Virus record (IMG/VR): IMGVR_UViG_3300004481_001312
Coordinates: 5,324-69,323 of that record
Length of the DNA: 64,000 bases
Strand: one strand, 5' to 3'
Origin: a virus
Lineage: Duplodnaviria; Caudoviricetes
Shown here: piece after piece, positions 52,815-63,447 of the stretch
How the letters are laid out: each line of letters starts with the position of its first letter
How positions within the stretch are numbered: the stretch's first letter is position 1
Translations under genes and position numbers: made by a program
The notes under the pieces: model-generated
Database searches by the model: none
What the model was told of the DNA's origin: nothing
The model's input: only the letters and a program-made list of their open reading frames with translations

Positions 52815-53111
52815 ATGAAAATGATCATTCTTTCGCTTGTAGTGGTCGTCCCACTGATGTTCACCGTTGGTGCCACCATCGGATACCGCGCCGGGCTACG
52901 CCGGAACCAGGCCCTCAGCCTCCGCACCCTCGGCCTGTCCACCACAACCGTCAACCGCTACCGAGACGCTATGCGTCTTCTCAACGGCATGGTCGAGGCG
53001 ACCATCCTCGACGGGCCGTTCGCTGGAAACATACTGACCAGCATCACCGAAACCGAGGCCCGGAGACTCGTCACCGGGTACCGCAACGAGATGGGAATCG
53101 CCAACCGATGA
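52815..53111 (+). CDS. Small membrane-anchored protein
   Basis: N-terminal TM segment; ATGA overlap with the next gene. Confidence 0.55.
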   Translation: MKMIILSLVVVVPLMFTVGATIGYRAGLRRNQALSLRTLGLSTTTVNRYRDAMRLLNGMVEATILDGPFAGNILTSITETEARRLVTGYRNEMGIANR

Positions 53112-54124
53112 ACCGCCACGTACGAACACTCATCGCCCTCGGCCTGGTCGCCGTAGCAGCGTCGACAACGGCCGGGTGTTCCACCCGCGCGAATTCCGAC
53201 GAGATCATCCTGTACTACGCGTCGGGTGCCGGGGAGAACAAGCAGTTCAAGGAGTGCATCAAACCCGGCGAATCCGGGTCGTACCCCATCGACGATGAGA
53301 TCTACGCCCTACCAACTAGCCAGCGCACGTGGAACATCCGGCCGGCCGGTGGCGACTCGAAAGATCCGATCACGTCTGGTTCAAAACCGTCTGCCGACGG
53401 TCAACCAGGACCGTCCGTTTCGGTCTTCGCCACGGCCGACTTCTACCTCAACGTCGACTGCGCCGGGGGTGAGTCGTCCCCAATCGTGCAGTTCTGGGAG
53501 CGAACCGGACGCCGGTACGGAATCGCGTCGGACGGCGAGGACGGATTCGACCAGAAAAAGTGGATCACGATGTTGATGAACACCTTAGTCCCGGCCGAGG
53601 AGAAGGCGCTGCGCGAGCAGACCATGCGGTATCTCGCGGACGATCTGGATGCAAACCTCGGGTCCGTGTGGTCGAAAATCGAGGCCCAGTTGGGGGACAC
53701 GTTCATGGCAGAGTTGAAGGCGAAGCTGGGTGGCGAGTTCTTCTGTGGCACCGGGTACGCCGGTGGCCGGAAGACCACCTGGGATGAGCTGGTCATGAAT
53801 ACGGACGGCACCACGGGGACGCGGAAGGCCGAGGGGACCTGCCCACCGATCCGAGTCTCGATCTCAGACATCAACTTCACTGACGCTGGCATCGCCGAGG
53901 CGCGGAACAAGGTGTATAAGGCCAAGACCGAGGCGGAGGCAGCATTGATCGCGGCACGGGCCGATGTGGACAAGGCCGCCCTGTTGTCGAAGGCCGCGAA
54001 CGACCCTGCGTACCTTCGGCTCAAGGAGATCGAGGCGCAGTTGGAAGCCGCGAAGGCTTGCGCCGCGAACCCGAACTGCACCCTAGTCATTGGCGCTGAC
54101 GGAGTCGAGGTAGGAAAGAAGTAA
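53108..54124 (+). CDS. SPFH/band-7-like lipoprotein
   Basis: Lipobox-like TAGC, C-terminal Ala/Glu coiled coil (AEAALIAA..DPAYLRLKEIEA). Confidence 0.7.
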   Translation: MNRHVRTLIALGLVAVAASTTAGCSTRANSDEIILYYASGAGENKQFKECIKPGESGSYPIDDEIYALPTSQRTWNIRPAGGDSKDPITSGSKPSADGQPGPSVSVFATADFYLNVDCAGGESSPIVQFWERTGRRYGIASDGEDGFDQKKWITMLMNTLVPAEEKALREQTMRYLADDLDANLGSVWSKIEAQLGDTFMAELKAKLGGEFFCGTGYAGGRKTTWDELVMNTDGTTGTRKAEGTCPPIRVSISDINFTDAGIAEARNKVYKAKTEAEAALIAARADVDKAALLSKAANDPAYLRLKEIEAQLEAAKACAANPNCTLVIGADGVEVGKK

Positions 54125-54182
54125 CCTGGATGATCGGCAAATACGGGGCGGACATCACTATCTGGTGATCCAATCCGATACG

Positions 54183-54218
54183 ACGAAGGCCCCCGCCATG
54201 TCCGTAGCGGGGGCCTTC
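54183..54218. terminator. Hairpin between convergent operons
   Basis: ACGAAGGCCCCGC-loop-GCGGGGCCTTCGT. Confidence 0.75.
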
Positions 54219-54271
54219 GTGCTGGTCCCGACTGTCGCCCAGTCGCAGAAAACGACAGCCGTCCCGTGATC

Positions 54272-54607
54272 CTAACCGCCGGACCCACAACCGCAACTGT
54301 CGACGCAACACATCGGCTCCTCCCCGGACACCTCCGCCACGTCATGCATCCCAGCTGCCGTGCCCTCGTCATAGAACCTCGTCGCTGCGGACACGATCGC
54401 CCCTGCCGCAGCGATCCACGCGCCACGGATTGCCTCCGGCAACTCCAACCACTCCGGCATTGGCCGGCCGAGGTAGTTCTTCCACCCCACCGAATCGCCG
54501 TACGCCCTGTAGCCGACCTCGCCCAGCACGATCCCTCCAAATAGAATATCGATCAACTCAACCGGTACGTCCAGGAACTTGATCGTCACAGACTCGCCCT
54601 GGCTCAC
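54272..54607 (-). CDS. Hypothetical protein
   Basis: GTGA overlap; YRAYG..VGWKNY.G.PMP.W..LP pattern. Confidence 0.6.
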   Translation of the reverse strand: MSQGESVTIKFLDVPVELIDILFGGIVLGEVGYRAYGDSVGWKNYLGRPMPEWLELPEAIRGAWIAAAGAIVSAATRFYDEGTAAGMHDVAEVSGEEPMCCVDSCGCGSGG

Positions 54608-54861
54608 GACTCGTCACCTCCGCCGTCGTCCTGCAGACCCCGGGCCTTCCGGTAGTAGCGCAAACCGAAGTGCACCGGCAACCACACGATCAGGCCACCC
54701 AGGATCGCCGCTGTGACCTCCCCCGGGATATAGGTCACTATCAGGTCAGTCCACGGCGATGTGCCCGTGTCGCCATCCCAGGACGCGAACAATTCCCATC
54801 CAAGTACGGCTGCCGTGGCACCGAGGAACCAGGCGCTTTTCCATCCACCTTTGATCATCAT
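54604..54861 (-). CDS. Small membrane protein at the end of the tail operon
   Basis: Two hydrophobic segments. Confidence 0.55.
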   Translation of the reverse strand: MMIKGGWKSAWFLGATAAVLGWELFASWDGDTGTSPWTDLIVTYIPGEVTAAILGGLIVWLPVHFGLRYYRKARGLQDDGGGDES

Positions 54862-54865
54862 GTGA

Positions 54866-55561
54866 TCATAGATCTAGTGGATAGAAGCCGTTCACGCCGA
54901 TGTACCCAGCGGTAGTGAAATCCCAGGCTCGCACAACCCCACCTGTGTCTATTTCAATCTTCGGTGTCAACGTCGCCGTTTGCCCACCGTAACAGGACAA
55001 GCAGGTGATAGATAATGGGCGATATCCGATTGGCATTAGACCAATTTGAATGCCATTTGTTGTAGTTCCAACTCCAATATTTCCAATCAGTTGAACAGAA
55101 TTTGGGGGAGAGGACGGAACACGATATGAGAATGGCTGGTAGCCAGCCCGATTCGTCCACAAATTTAATAAGGTAATTCGATTCCACCCAGTCAATCCGG
55201 CTAGGCCAATAACATGGCATCCAGATGGAGGACTCAACACAGCTATAACCCTAGTCCCAACCATCATCGGACCGAGTAGGCTCATGCACCGAATTGGCTG
55301 AGTCGTTCCATCGAGAATAATCCGTGGTGTCCCGTTAGAGGACGACGTCGTGATGGTCCCTGGACGCAGTTTCCACACCAGACCGAGGCGCTCGGCATTA
55401 TCAACGATCGACCGTACCAACTGCAAAGTAGCAGCATCCGCCGGTGAGTCATTTGTGATATTTCGTATGTCGTCAACTATCCTGGCGCGTCCTGCGGTTT
55501 CCTCCATCCGTTTCCGTTCAAGGATTGCCTGGTGCGCAGACATCATAGTCTCATTCATCAT
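54866..55561 (-). CDS. Minor tail protein (spike/fibre-like)
   Basis: Follows the hub-like gene; C-terminal LMPIGYRP..IEIDTGG beta-sandwich motif; low GC. Confidence 0.6.
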   Translation of the reverse strand: MMNETMMSAHQAILERKRMEETAGRARIVDDIRNITNDSPADAATLQLVRSIVDNAERLGLVWKLRPGTITTSSSNGTPRIILDGTTQPIRCMSLLGPMMVGTRVIAVLSPPSGCHVIGLAGLTGWNRITLLNLWTNRAGYQPFSYRVPSSPPNSVQLIGNIGVGTTTNGIQIGLMPIGYRPLSITCLSCYGGQTATLTPKIEIDTGGVVRAWDFTTAGYIGVNGFYPLDL

Positions 55562-56646
55562 TCGTCCTCACTGGCCGCGTAGGTGCGACTCAGTACATGT
55601 CGCATGGTTCCATTGCCAGACAACGTGATTGTCCACCCGATTTCCAACCAATTCTCTCCGAGAAACCGGACGACGTCGTACGCGTCGTGTCGGGGGTCTG
55701 GTGTCGTATCGCACTCGAGTTTTTCAACGATCGTCTCTTGTATTCCGATCGTGCGCGCGTACACCTGAGCCTGCGTGACCGACGTGACTTGGATATCCCG
55801 TACGTCGGGCAACACGAACCCACGGTTCATGACCGAGTGGGGGGCAGTCGCCGGAACGTCATAGGTTCCGACGATTGGGGCATTGGACAGTCCGGTGTCG
55901 TTGGACACGACCACGAACCGGTTCGGTGCCGACACTGATTCGTCGGTCAACGTGATCGATCCGCGTATGACCCGTGGGATCGTGTCGAAGTTGATCGTCG
56001 GAACGGACGCGGCCGGGTCGAACGCCTGAATGCAGCGGAGCGTTCCGGTGTGGTCGAACCATGGAGAGAAGTAGCCACCGGCGGTACACAGGTCCTTGAG
56101 GGCCGTTGCGCGGGATGTGCCAGCCGACCATCCGGCGTCGCTGATCTCCGAACACCCTGCGACCCGTGGCTCAATGATCGGTAGTCCGTCAAGGAGAGTT
56201 TTGATCACCTCGGAGATCAGGACGCCACCCGACGCGAACGAGTCAGGTAGTTTCTGGTCAATAATGAACATCTCGTCATAAAGGGATAGGGGCCGGATGA
56301 CGCCCACCAACGCACCCGTCACCCCATCGGTCTGCACCGTCTGCACATCATCCGACGCGACATACCGCCCCATCGGATATTCAACACCCCCGACCACCAT
56401 CGTCAACGCGATCCGGTCAACCAGCGGCCGGAAAATGGCAGCCTCCTCAGGAAACAACGTCAATCCCTGCAACCGGCGAGAAATCGTGGATGTCGTGTCG
56501 TGAGACAACGAAGGAGTTGCGCTCCGCGATGGGTGCAACTCGCCCCGGTACGCGCCGGTCGCACCATCTATTAAGTCGAACCGGTACGTCGTTGACCGTT
56601 GCCCAACTCCAGCGTCTAGATTCAACGCGCTCGCCTCAGTGATCAT
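55558..56646 (-). CDS. Minor tail protein (tail hub-like)
   Basis: Position after the large tail gene; YPMGRY, GGYFSPWFD, PNRFVVV, PDPRHDAYDVV. Confidence 0.7.
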   Translation of the reverse strand: MITEASALNLDAGVGQRSTTYRFDLIDGATGAYRGELHPSRSATPSLSHDTTSTISRRLQGLTLFPEEAAIFRPLVDRIALTMVVGGVEYPMGRYVASDDVQTVQTDGVTGALVGVIRPLSLYDEMFIIDQKLPDSFASGGVLISEVIKTLLDGLPIIEPRVAGCSEISDAGWSAGTSRATALKDLCTAGGYFSPWFDHTGTLRCIQAFDPAASVPTINFDTIPRVIRGSITLTDESVSAPNRFVVVSNDTGLSNAPIVGTYDVPATAPHSVMNRGFVLPDVRDIQVTSVTQAQVYARTIGIQETIVEKLECDTTPDPRHDAYDVVRFLGENWLEIGWTITLSGNGTMRHVLSRTYAASEDE

Positions 56647-56654
56647 TATCTACC

Positions 56655-59600
56655 TCACCAGACGTTGATATTCCATGTATTTCCCTGCGCGTCAACGAAC
56701 GATGTTGTCGTAGCTGTCTGTGCCGCGAAGTCCGGGCTCATAAGCGTAGTCGACGTCGCCGTGTCAATCACAATCATTTCCTGCACCACCGTTGACTCCA
56801 ATGCAGAAACGTAAAATACCCCACCAGTGGAAGGGACTAATCCAGCCGGACCAGCAACAATGGTCCCATGAGTGGTCCACGTGACACCGTCGATAGATGA
56901 GTAGAAAGTGGCTTCTGAGAAACCGTAGCCAGTATCATGATCATACACACACCTAGCCCAGATAGGCTGACCAAATATAGGAGCTGGAATTGATAGTTCC
57001 TCTGAAAAGAATCCATCATCGCCCAACGATTGAAAATATGCCTCCGACCCATCATTGTTAGACATTCCAAATGCCCACCACGATTCTGGTGGCCCAACAT
57101 AATAACGAAACACATAGAAACCCCAACCGACTCCACCTTGCAGCGCAATGAATTTCACCCGAATGTCGATGTCTTCGAGCGTTGCCAATGGGTCACACGA
57201 ACTGATACTCCCATAGCGCTGAAGGTTCTGAGTAGACGCTAGACCTAGGAATGGGATTTCTATGTCATGCGCGTATGGAACTCCAGCTACCTCGGTGATT
57301 GTCACAGCAGACACCTGGTAATGCGTCGAACGACCATCCTGCCTACGTATCGATCCGGATGGCACGGATACATTAGCCAACCACCGGTTCGACAATTCGT
57401 CACGCACGCACACGTACGGGATAGCATCCCAGGCAAGATCACGCAATGACGTGAATCCACGGTCAAGGGTTCCGGTTGGAATACCAGCCTTATTCACCAG
57501 CAGGGTTCGGGTGAACGTCACCCCTCCCCGTTCGGTCGGACGAAGCGAAACTTGGTAGTCACGGCCGTACACCGGCTCTAACGATCCCTGCCCAGATTCA
57601 ATGAAGTCGAACGACTCCTCCGCGTCCCCATGGATATGGACGTATGCCAGGTTCGCGGCAGGGTCCTCATTCGACGTGAACACCAACAGGCCAATCCCGA
57701 CCCCGACCCCAGTGACACCGGGTGCCGGGATAGTCGACGTGACCTCCGCCGACCACGGTCCCTCGATCCCAGTTGTGTGAACCGTCCGAATCCGGTACGA
57801 CGACATGACTCCGATCCGGGCCTCGTAGTCGTCCATCTCTCCAACATACGGATTCGTTATCTTCGCGATCGTCTCCCACACACCGATATCCATGGTCGTG
57901 TCGCGGCGCTGGATCTCGTAGTATGCCCATCCGGACACCATCGCCGTCAACACCGGATCCCAGGCCAGATGGTTGTAAACAATCCCGCTCGGAATTGTTG
58001 ACACAGTGACTCCGCAATACTCGTCGATTACCGTCAACTCCTGTGTCGCCGTGGTAACCGCAAAGTTAGACACCACGGACATTTCCTGCGCCAGCGTAAT
58101 CGATATGTCGAGTGGATAGTTCTCTGTGCCAATGAAGTTCGCCACCGCGCTCTCTCCGTGGTAGCCACCAACCGCACCAGACGAAGAGCCCGTAGTCGTG
58201 ACCGTGTGGTTCGCCGTGGCTCCTAGAACCTCCCATATCAGCAGTTCTCCCGACCCCGTCCACAGTTGCCAGTAGGTGACACCACCGGCTCCTGTGAGGA
58301 CAGCCACTGGTGATATCGCCACTGTGACCTTCTTCCACCCATCAACGATCTCGGGTAGGGCAAGCCATGTAGCGTAGTCGATCATCCCATCTGGGCCGAG
58401 AAATGTACCAGCACCATCAGTCTGGGATATATGCAATCCGCTGTTAACAGACGCGGACGCACGGGCGTAGAACGTTGCCCAAACGAATGTTCCAGCTGTA
58501 TCGTTTGGAATTTGCTGCTCAGAGTAGAAATAACCACCGTCGTGCAATGCCTGCGGCATTTGTTGTTCGTACGTGTGGCATGCCGGATTGACATTTGCCG
58601 GTATCATCTCTGTCGCCCATAGGGTTGGGGACGCGTCGTACATAACGATAGCCGGATAGTCCGTTGTCTCCGAATACACCGGCATAGCGCCCTCGGCCGT
58701 TGGTTTCGTTATACGAACCCCGACTAGCCCAGGTATGTGCGGATCAACCGTGTTAATCAATGACAGTGGTATTGGAACCGGAGAAGAAACAGACATTGAT
58801 CCAGAATACGCGCGAGATACCGTGATGGTATAACTATCACCTTTTGCCATGGATATGATGCTGATACCACCACCACCGGTATACGCCCATGGAGAATCTG
58901 CTGGCATTAATGGGCACCGATATGTGTACAGTCCCTCCTTGATATCCGCCCCACCGGAAAGATCCATACCACCTACCCCTACGAGGTGATAATTCTCCCG
59001 ATACATGATTTGTAGACCAACATAATGGATATCGAAGTCACCAGACGCACCAACGCCAGTTTCGAAGAACACGGCCACATCGTCTGTCCCAGCACCAGAC
59101 ATCGCGTAAAGACCCGTGTCGTCATCCCCCTTGTACGACCACGGACCACGTAGATAGTCCGTGTTCGGATTGGTTCCTGAGTCCCAGAACTGTGATAGTT
59201 CCCCAAATCTAGATCGTTTCATAGTGGTAATCGATGACGATCCGGCCGGGCCGGTCACTAGATAATCCATGTACCTCTTGATCGGGCCTGCCTGCCGTTC
59301 CATTCCACACGACATTGTGTTCGTGGTCGCCGTTGCGAACGGGCCGGAGATCGAGTAGATCACGGACACGTCAACGATCTCAACGTGCCACAGATTTAGT
59401 ACATCCGCGACGGTAGCGGAATCTGTGCCAAACCAGAACCGGGCTGTCTGCGACGCCCCGGTAAGCCTGACATACATCGGGTCGGACGGGTTCGCCACTG
59501 CGGCAGCTCGGTTCGCGGCACCACCACCAATCGACCCGCCGCTTCCGGCGGTACACGGAATGATCAATTTTTGGAGGGGTGTGCAGGTGTCCAACGGATC

Positions 59601-59828
59601 ATGCCGATACAGCCGGCACACGACCTCGCTTCTTGACGCCAACCCCGGTGGCGGTTCGGTCGTGACGACGCTTAACCAGGTAACACCGTTGACGGCCGAG
59701 TAGAAGTCCTCGGTCGCGACGAATCGATACCCAACCTCCGACCCGGTGTCAATAACAGTCGACTCCTCGACCAGGGGAACGAACTGGTTCCCGATCACGA
59801 ACGGCTTATAGGTGTCGTATATCGCCAT
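56655..59828 (-). CDS. Large minor tail protein (multidomain)
   Basis: Start MAIYDTY overlaps the tape-measure stop; beta-rich domains, Dit-like region (RDLAWDAIPYVCVRDE). Confidence 0.7.
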   Translation of the reverse strand: MAIYDTYKPFVIGNQFVPLVEESTVIDTGSEVGYRFVATEDFYSAVNGVTWLSVVTTEPPPGLASRSEVVCRLYRHDPLDTCTPLQKLIIPCTAGSGGSIGGGAANRAAAVANPSDPMYVRLTGASQTARFWFGTDSATVADVLNLWHVEIVDVSVIYSISGPFATATTNTMSCGMERQAGPIKRYMDYLVTGPAGSSSITTMKRSRFGELSQFWDSGTNPNTDYLRGPWSYKGDDDTGLYAMSGAGTDDVAVFFETGVGASGDFDIHYVGLQIMYRENYHLVGVGGMDLSGGADIKEGLYTYRCPLMPADSPWAYTGGGGISIISMAKGDSYTITVSRAYSGSMSVSSPVPIPLSLINTVDPHIPGLVGVRITKPTAEGAMPVYSETTDYPAIVMYDASPTLWATEMIPANVNPACHTYEQQMPQALHDGGYFYSEQQIPNDTAGTFVWATFYARASASVNSGLHISQTDGAGTFLGPDGMIDYATWLALPEIVDGWKKVTVAISPVAVLTGAGGVTYWQLWTGSGELLIWEVLGATANHTVTTTGSSSGAVGGYHGESAVANFIGTENYPLDISITLAQEMSVVSNFAVTTATQELTVIDEYCGVTVSTIPSGIVYNHLAWDPVLTAMVSGWAYYEIQRRDTTMDIGVWETIAKITNPYVGEMDDYEARIGVMSSYRIRTVHTTGIEGPWSAEVTSTIPAPGVTGVGVGIGLLVFTSNEDPAANLAYVHIHGDAEESFDFIESGQGSLEPVYGRDYQVSLRPTERGGVTFTRTLLVNKAGIPTGTLDRGFTSLRDLAWDAIPYVCVRDELSNRWLANVSVPSGSIRRQDGRSTHYQVSAVTITEVAGVPYAHDIEIPFLGLASTQNLQRYGSISSCDPLATLEDIDIRVKFIALQGGVGWGFYVFRYYVGPPESWWAFGMSNNDGSEAYFQSLGDDGFFSEELSIPAPIFGQPIWARCVYDHDTGYGFSEATFYSSIDGVTWTTHGTIVAGPAGLVPSTGGVFYVSALESTVVQEMIVIDTATSTTLMSPDFAAQTATTTSFVDAQGNTWNINVW

Positions 59829-62800
59829 CAGATGCTCCTTACCAACGTGGCCGTCTTCGACCGGTTCAGCTCGGCAGCGATTCCCTGCCCAACGGCTGCC
59901 CCAGTCGACGTTGCCTGCGCCGTGGTCGGCACGACCCCCTGGAATGAGACGTTGATCGACCCTGGCTGGAACACGATCGATGACCCACCGGATAGGTTCC
60001 CGGCTATCGGGGCGAGGCCTCCGGCGAGACCACCAGCTGGAGCTGTAAGTGCCGCGTCCGCAAGTCCCCACGCAGCTGCCCGAAGTTTCGGGACTCGTCC
60101 CTCCATCCCGGCAGCAACCATGGTAACGATCTTTCCACCGGCGATAGTCGGATCACCATTCCCAGACAGGGGGCCTTCCTTCGCTGGGCTGAACGGAAGG
60201 GCGTTTCGTATGGTTTGTGCTGCGTCAGATATTTTTGCCCTTAGTGCGCCAATACGTGACGAGATTCCATTAATTAGTCCATTTATTACATTTTGACCGG
60301 CACCATAGAGAAGTGAAGCCAGATTTCCAACAGCCCCAATAATCTGTCCAGGAAGCGCGCGCACAAAGCTGATCGCGGTGTTCAGCTTGTCTCTAATGGC
60401 GTTGACGACCATTTGGAAATAGCTAGAAATGCTATTGACAAACGATGTCAATAAACTCGCTGCTTGTACAATGTATCCGATTTGTGTCCGCACTGCTGTG
60501 ACAATCGAATTGAAGATTGCCACAACAACGCCCCACAACCAGGTTAGAATGGCCGCGAATCCAGTTGCGAACGGACTAATTGCGTTAGTCCACAACCAAG
60601 TGAACATTTCTCCAATTGCAGATAGCACGGGTTGTATGACACCCCATAGCCATCCGAACAAGGCTCCCAGCGCCGTCAGGATCGGAGACGCTATAGAGTT
60701 CCAGATCCACATAAATATTCCAGCCACCAACATAAAGTTGAGTTTTAGGTTCGCCCACCAAAGTTGAACAACGGCCCACACGGCAGCGAAAGCCAGTTTC
60801 AAAAGATCAAAAACTACTGAGATTGTACCCGACCATACCGTCCACATTAGGTTTCCTATAGCCATGAATATGGGGCTGAATGTATTCCAGAACCACATGG
60901 CAATAGACACAACGACGCCAATAGCGGCACCTATAAACTTGAACACTGGCTGGATAATAGACGACCAAATCCAGGAAACTACCGCACCGATACCCTGGAA
61001 CGCGGGAACAAACACCGACGACCACAGCCAAATAATCGCCGTACCAACCGCACCAAGAACTGTGCCAATCACATTGAACACGGGCTGAATAATCGACGAC
61101 CAGAGCCATTGAATGACACCAGCGACTACCTGAATAGCCGAACCGATACCTGTAAACACTGGAACAATAATTGTCGACCACACCCATTTAATGATCGCAC
61201 CAATTGCCGTGAACACAGTAGTAATCACAGCCCATAGCACCTTCACAATTGCAATAACGACAACCACTGCGGCAACAATGATTGCGCCAAGGACAACCCA
61301 TACTGGTTTCATAGCGACAATAACATCCACAACAGTTTTGATAACCGCCACGATAGCCTTAAACGCCGGAATCAGTACGTTCACGACCACCCATGTCACG
61401 ACGGCCGCAACGGCCTTCAATACCGCCATGAACGCCGACCACACCTGGAACGCCACGCTCCCGAACCACGTCACGACGGCCGCTGCCGCCCTCATCACCG
61501 TGTCTCCGTTCCCAGACCACCACGACCGAACCGCCACGGCCACCCGCGCGAACAGACCCATCAGAGATGTCAACGCAGGCTGCGCCGTACCCGTCCAGAA
61601 ACCGGAGATCGCGGATCCCGCAGACTTGAACGAATTACCGATGGCCACGAGCGCGGGTTTGATAGCAGAGTTCCAAATGCGCATCACGGCAGCGCCCCAA
61701 GCGACGAATACCGGCTGCGCCTGCTGCCACAACCTGGAGATAGCGGCCCCGACGACCTTCGCGTTCGCGACAATCCAGTTGAACGCCGGAACGATCGCGT
61801 TCTGCCACATCCACATAGCAGCCGTGGCAACGGCCCGGAACGCCCGGTCGACAACGGCCCGGAACGCCTCGCACTTCTGATATGCGACCACGGCCGCGAT
61901 GCCGAGGGCGACGATCGCGGCAATCACCCATCCGACAGGTCCGCTCAGTGCCGACAACCACGGAGCGACCTTCAGCGCCCATGTACCAAACTTCTTGAAC
62001 GCCAGAATTCCTTCACCGATCGCTGTAGCCATGCGGCCAAACACGGCGAGGAACGGGCCAATAGCCGCAGCGACGATCGCGACAACAGTCATGATCTTCA
62101 GGAACGTTGGAGACAACTTCGACGCGTTCATGGTCAACTCGGTTAGTTTGTCAGTCAATGCTGTCATCCACCCGAGCAGACCAGCGTCCCCAACAGCGAT
62201 CATCAGTCCCTCGGCCGCAGACGTCAGTTCGTCCATCGACCCGTTGAAACCAGCCATCTGGGTCGTCGCCACCTTTTGCGCAGTTCCCCCAGCATTCTGC
62301 AACTCCAACGTCAATTGGCCTAACGCAGTCGACCCCTGGGAGACGAGGGCCTGCATGGCCGGCCCAGCCTCCAACCCAAAGATCGTCATCATATCTGCGG
62401 TGTCAGCACCGCTCTTCTCCAACTGACGCACAATATCGATCAATGGAAGAAGTTTCCCCGATGAGTCGACAACGGCCACACCAAGAGCTTTGAGTGTAGT
62501 TCCAATTTCACCCGTTGGTTTCAACAACCGGCTTATCGCCCCACGTAGCGCGGTACCAGCCTCACTACCCTTGATACCCGCGTTTCCCATCAACCCAATT
62601 GCGGCGGACAATTCCGTGAACGACACACCGGCTGACGATGCTACCGGACCAACGTATTTGAACGTCTCACCCAGGTCTTTCAGTGACGTCGCTGTAGATA
62701 GGAACGCGCGTGCGAGTATGTCATTGACCCAACCAATCTTCGACGTCTTAAGCCCATACCCGTTGAGTATGTTTCCGGCTATCTCCGCAGCCTCTGCCAA

Positions 62801-63391
62801 ACTAACCGATCCTGCGGCAGCCATATCAAGCACACCGGGAAGCGCGGACATAATCTCGGTGGTGTCGAATCCGGCCGTAGCCAACTCGTTCATCGCGTAC
62901 GCTGCCTCGGACGCGCTAAACGCAGTCGTAGAACCAAGGTCAATCGCCAGGTTGCGGAGATTCGTGAACTCTTTCCCGCTAGACTCCGTCGCGGCCTTGA
63001 CTTTATTCATCGCTTTTTCGAAATTTCCGGCAGCGTTCATGGTCGCTACCCCGGCGATGGCGACGGGTAGGCTAATCGCCGTCGACATCTGATCACCAAC
63101 GTTCGACATCTCGCGACCAGCGGTCGCGAACGATGCGGCCATGGACTTCCCAGCCGTAGACGAACGTTTGGAGATCGTTTCAAACGTCTCCCCGGCCTGG
63201 TTCCCCAGCCGTTTTAGCTCCTGGTTCGCCGCGTTGACCCCATCACGGACGCCGTTCGAGATTTGGTCTGAAACCCCGGTCATGTCGATACGGACCCCAC
63301 GGAGCGCAGCGTTCAAGTCCCGCTGGAACGTCGCGGCGAATTTCGAGAAGTCCGCTAGGACCTCAACTGACGCCTGACCAGATCTCGCCAT
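59828..63391 (-). CDS. Tape measure protein (TP901-type core)
   Basis: 1187 aa; FEKAMNKV, DLGSTTAFSASEAA, LGETFKYVGPVA, GIKGSEAGTAL; long amphipathic Trp-periodic region; FSPAKEGPLSG end. Confidence 0.95.
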   Translation of the reverse strand: MARSGQASVEVLADFSKFAATFQRDLNAALRGVRIDMTGVSDQISNGVRDGVNAANQELKRLGNQAGETFETISKRSSTAGKSMAASFATAGREMSNVGDQMSTAISLPVAIAGVATMNAAGNFEKAMNKVKAATESSGKEFTNLRNLAIDLGSTTAFSASEAAYAMNELATAGFDTTEIMSALPGVLDMAAAGSVSLAEAAEIAGNILNGYGLKTSKIGWVNDILARAFLSTATSLKDLGETFKYVGPVASSAGVSFTELSAAIGLMGNAGIKGSEAGTALRGAISRLLKPTGEIGTTLKALGVAVVDSSGKLLPLIDIVRQLEKSGADTADMMTIFGLEAGPAMQALVSQGSTALGQLTLELQNAGGTAQKVATTQMAGFNGSMDELTSAAEGLMIAVGDAGLLGWMTALTDKLTELTMNASKLSPTFLKIMTVVAIVAAAIGPFLAVFGRMATAIGEGILAFKKFGTWALKVAPWLSALSGPVGWVIAAIVALGIAAVVAYQKCEAFRAVVDRAFRAVATAAMWMWQNAIVPAFNWIVANAKVVGAAISRLWQQAQPVFVAWGAAVMRIWNSAIKPALVAIGNSFKSAGSAISGFWTGTAQPALTSLMGLFARVAVAVRSWWSGNGDTVMRAAAAVVTWFGSVAFQVWSAFMAVLKAVAAVVTWVVVNVLIPAFKAIVAVIKTVVDVIVAMKPVWVVLGAIIVAAVVVVIAIVKVLWAVITTVFTAIGAIIKWVWSTIIVPVFTGIGSAIQVVAGVIQWLWSSIIQPVFNVIGTVLGAVGTAIIWLWSSVFVPAFQGIGAVVSWIWSSIIQPVFKFIGAAIGVVVSIAMWFWNTFSPIFMAIGNLMWTVWSGTISVVFDLLKLAFAAVWAVVQLWWANLKLNFMLVAGIFMWIWNSIASPILTALGALFGWLWGVIQPVLSAIGEMFTWLWTNAISPFATGFAAILTWLWGVVVAIFNSIVTAVRTQIGYIVQAASLLTSFVNSISSYFQMVVNAIRDKLNTAISFVRALPGQIIGAVGNLASLLYGAGQNVINGLINGISSRIGALRAKISDAAQTIRNALPFSPAKEGPLSGNGDPTIAGGKIVTMVAAGMEGRVPKLRAAAWGLADAALTAPAGGLAGGLAPIAGNLSGGSSIVFQPGSINVSFQGVVPTTAQATSTGAAVGQGIAAELNRSKTATLVRSI

Positions 63392-63447
63392 GATCGAATC
63401 ATGCTCCGACTCGGCACCAATAGGGAAGATCCGGGTATCGTCATTCC

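Noticed and set aside
53443-54540. 365-aa minus-strand ORF and similar long antisense ORFs (33594..34472, 44309..45154, 47164..47994, 16156..16941, 13431..14390)
   Set aside because: Shadow frames of well-supported genes in high-GC DNA; no motifs.
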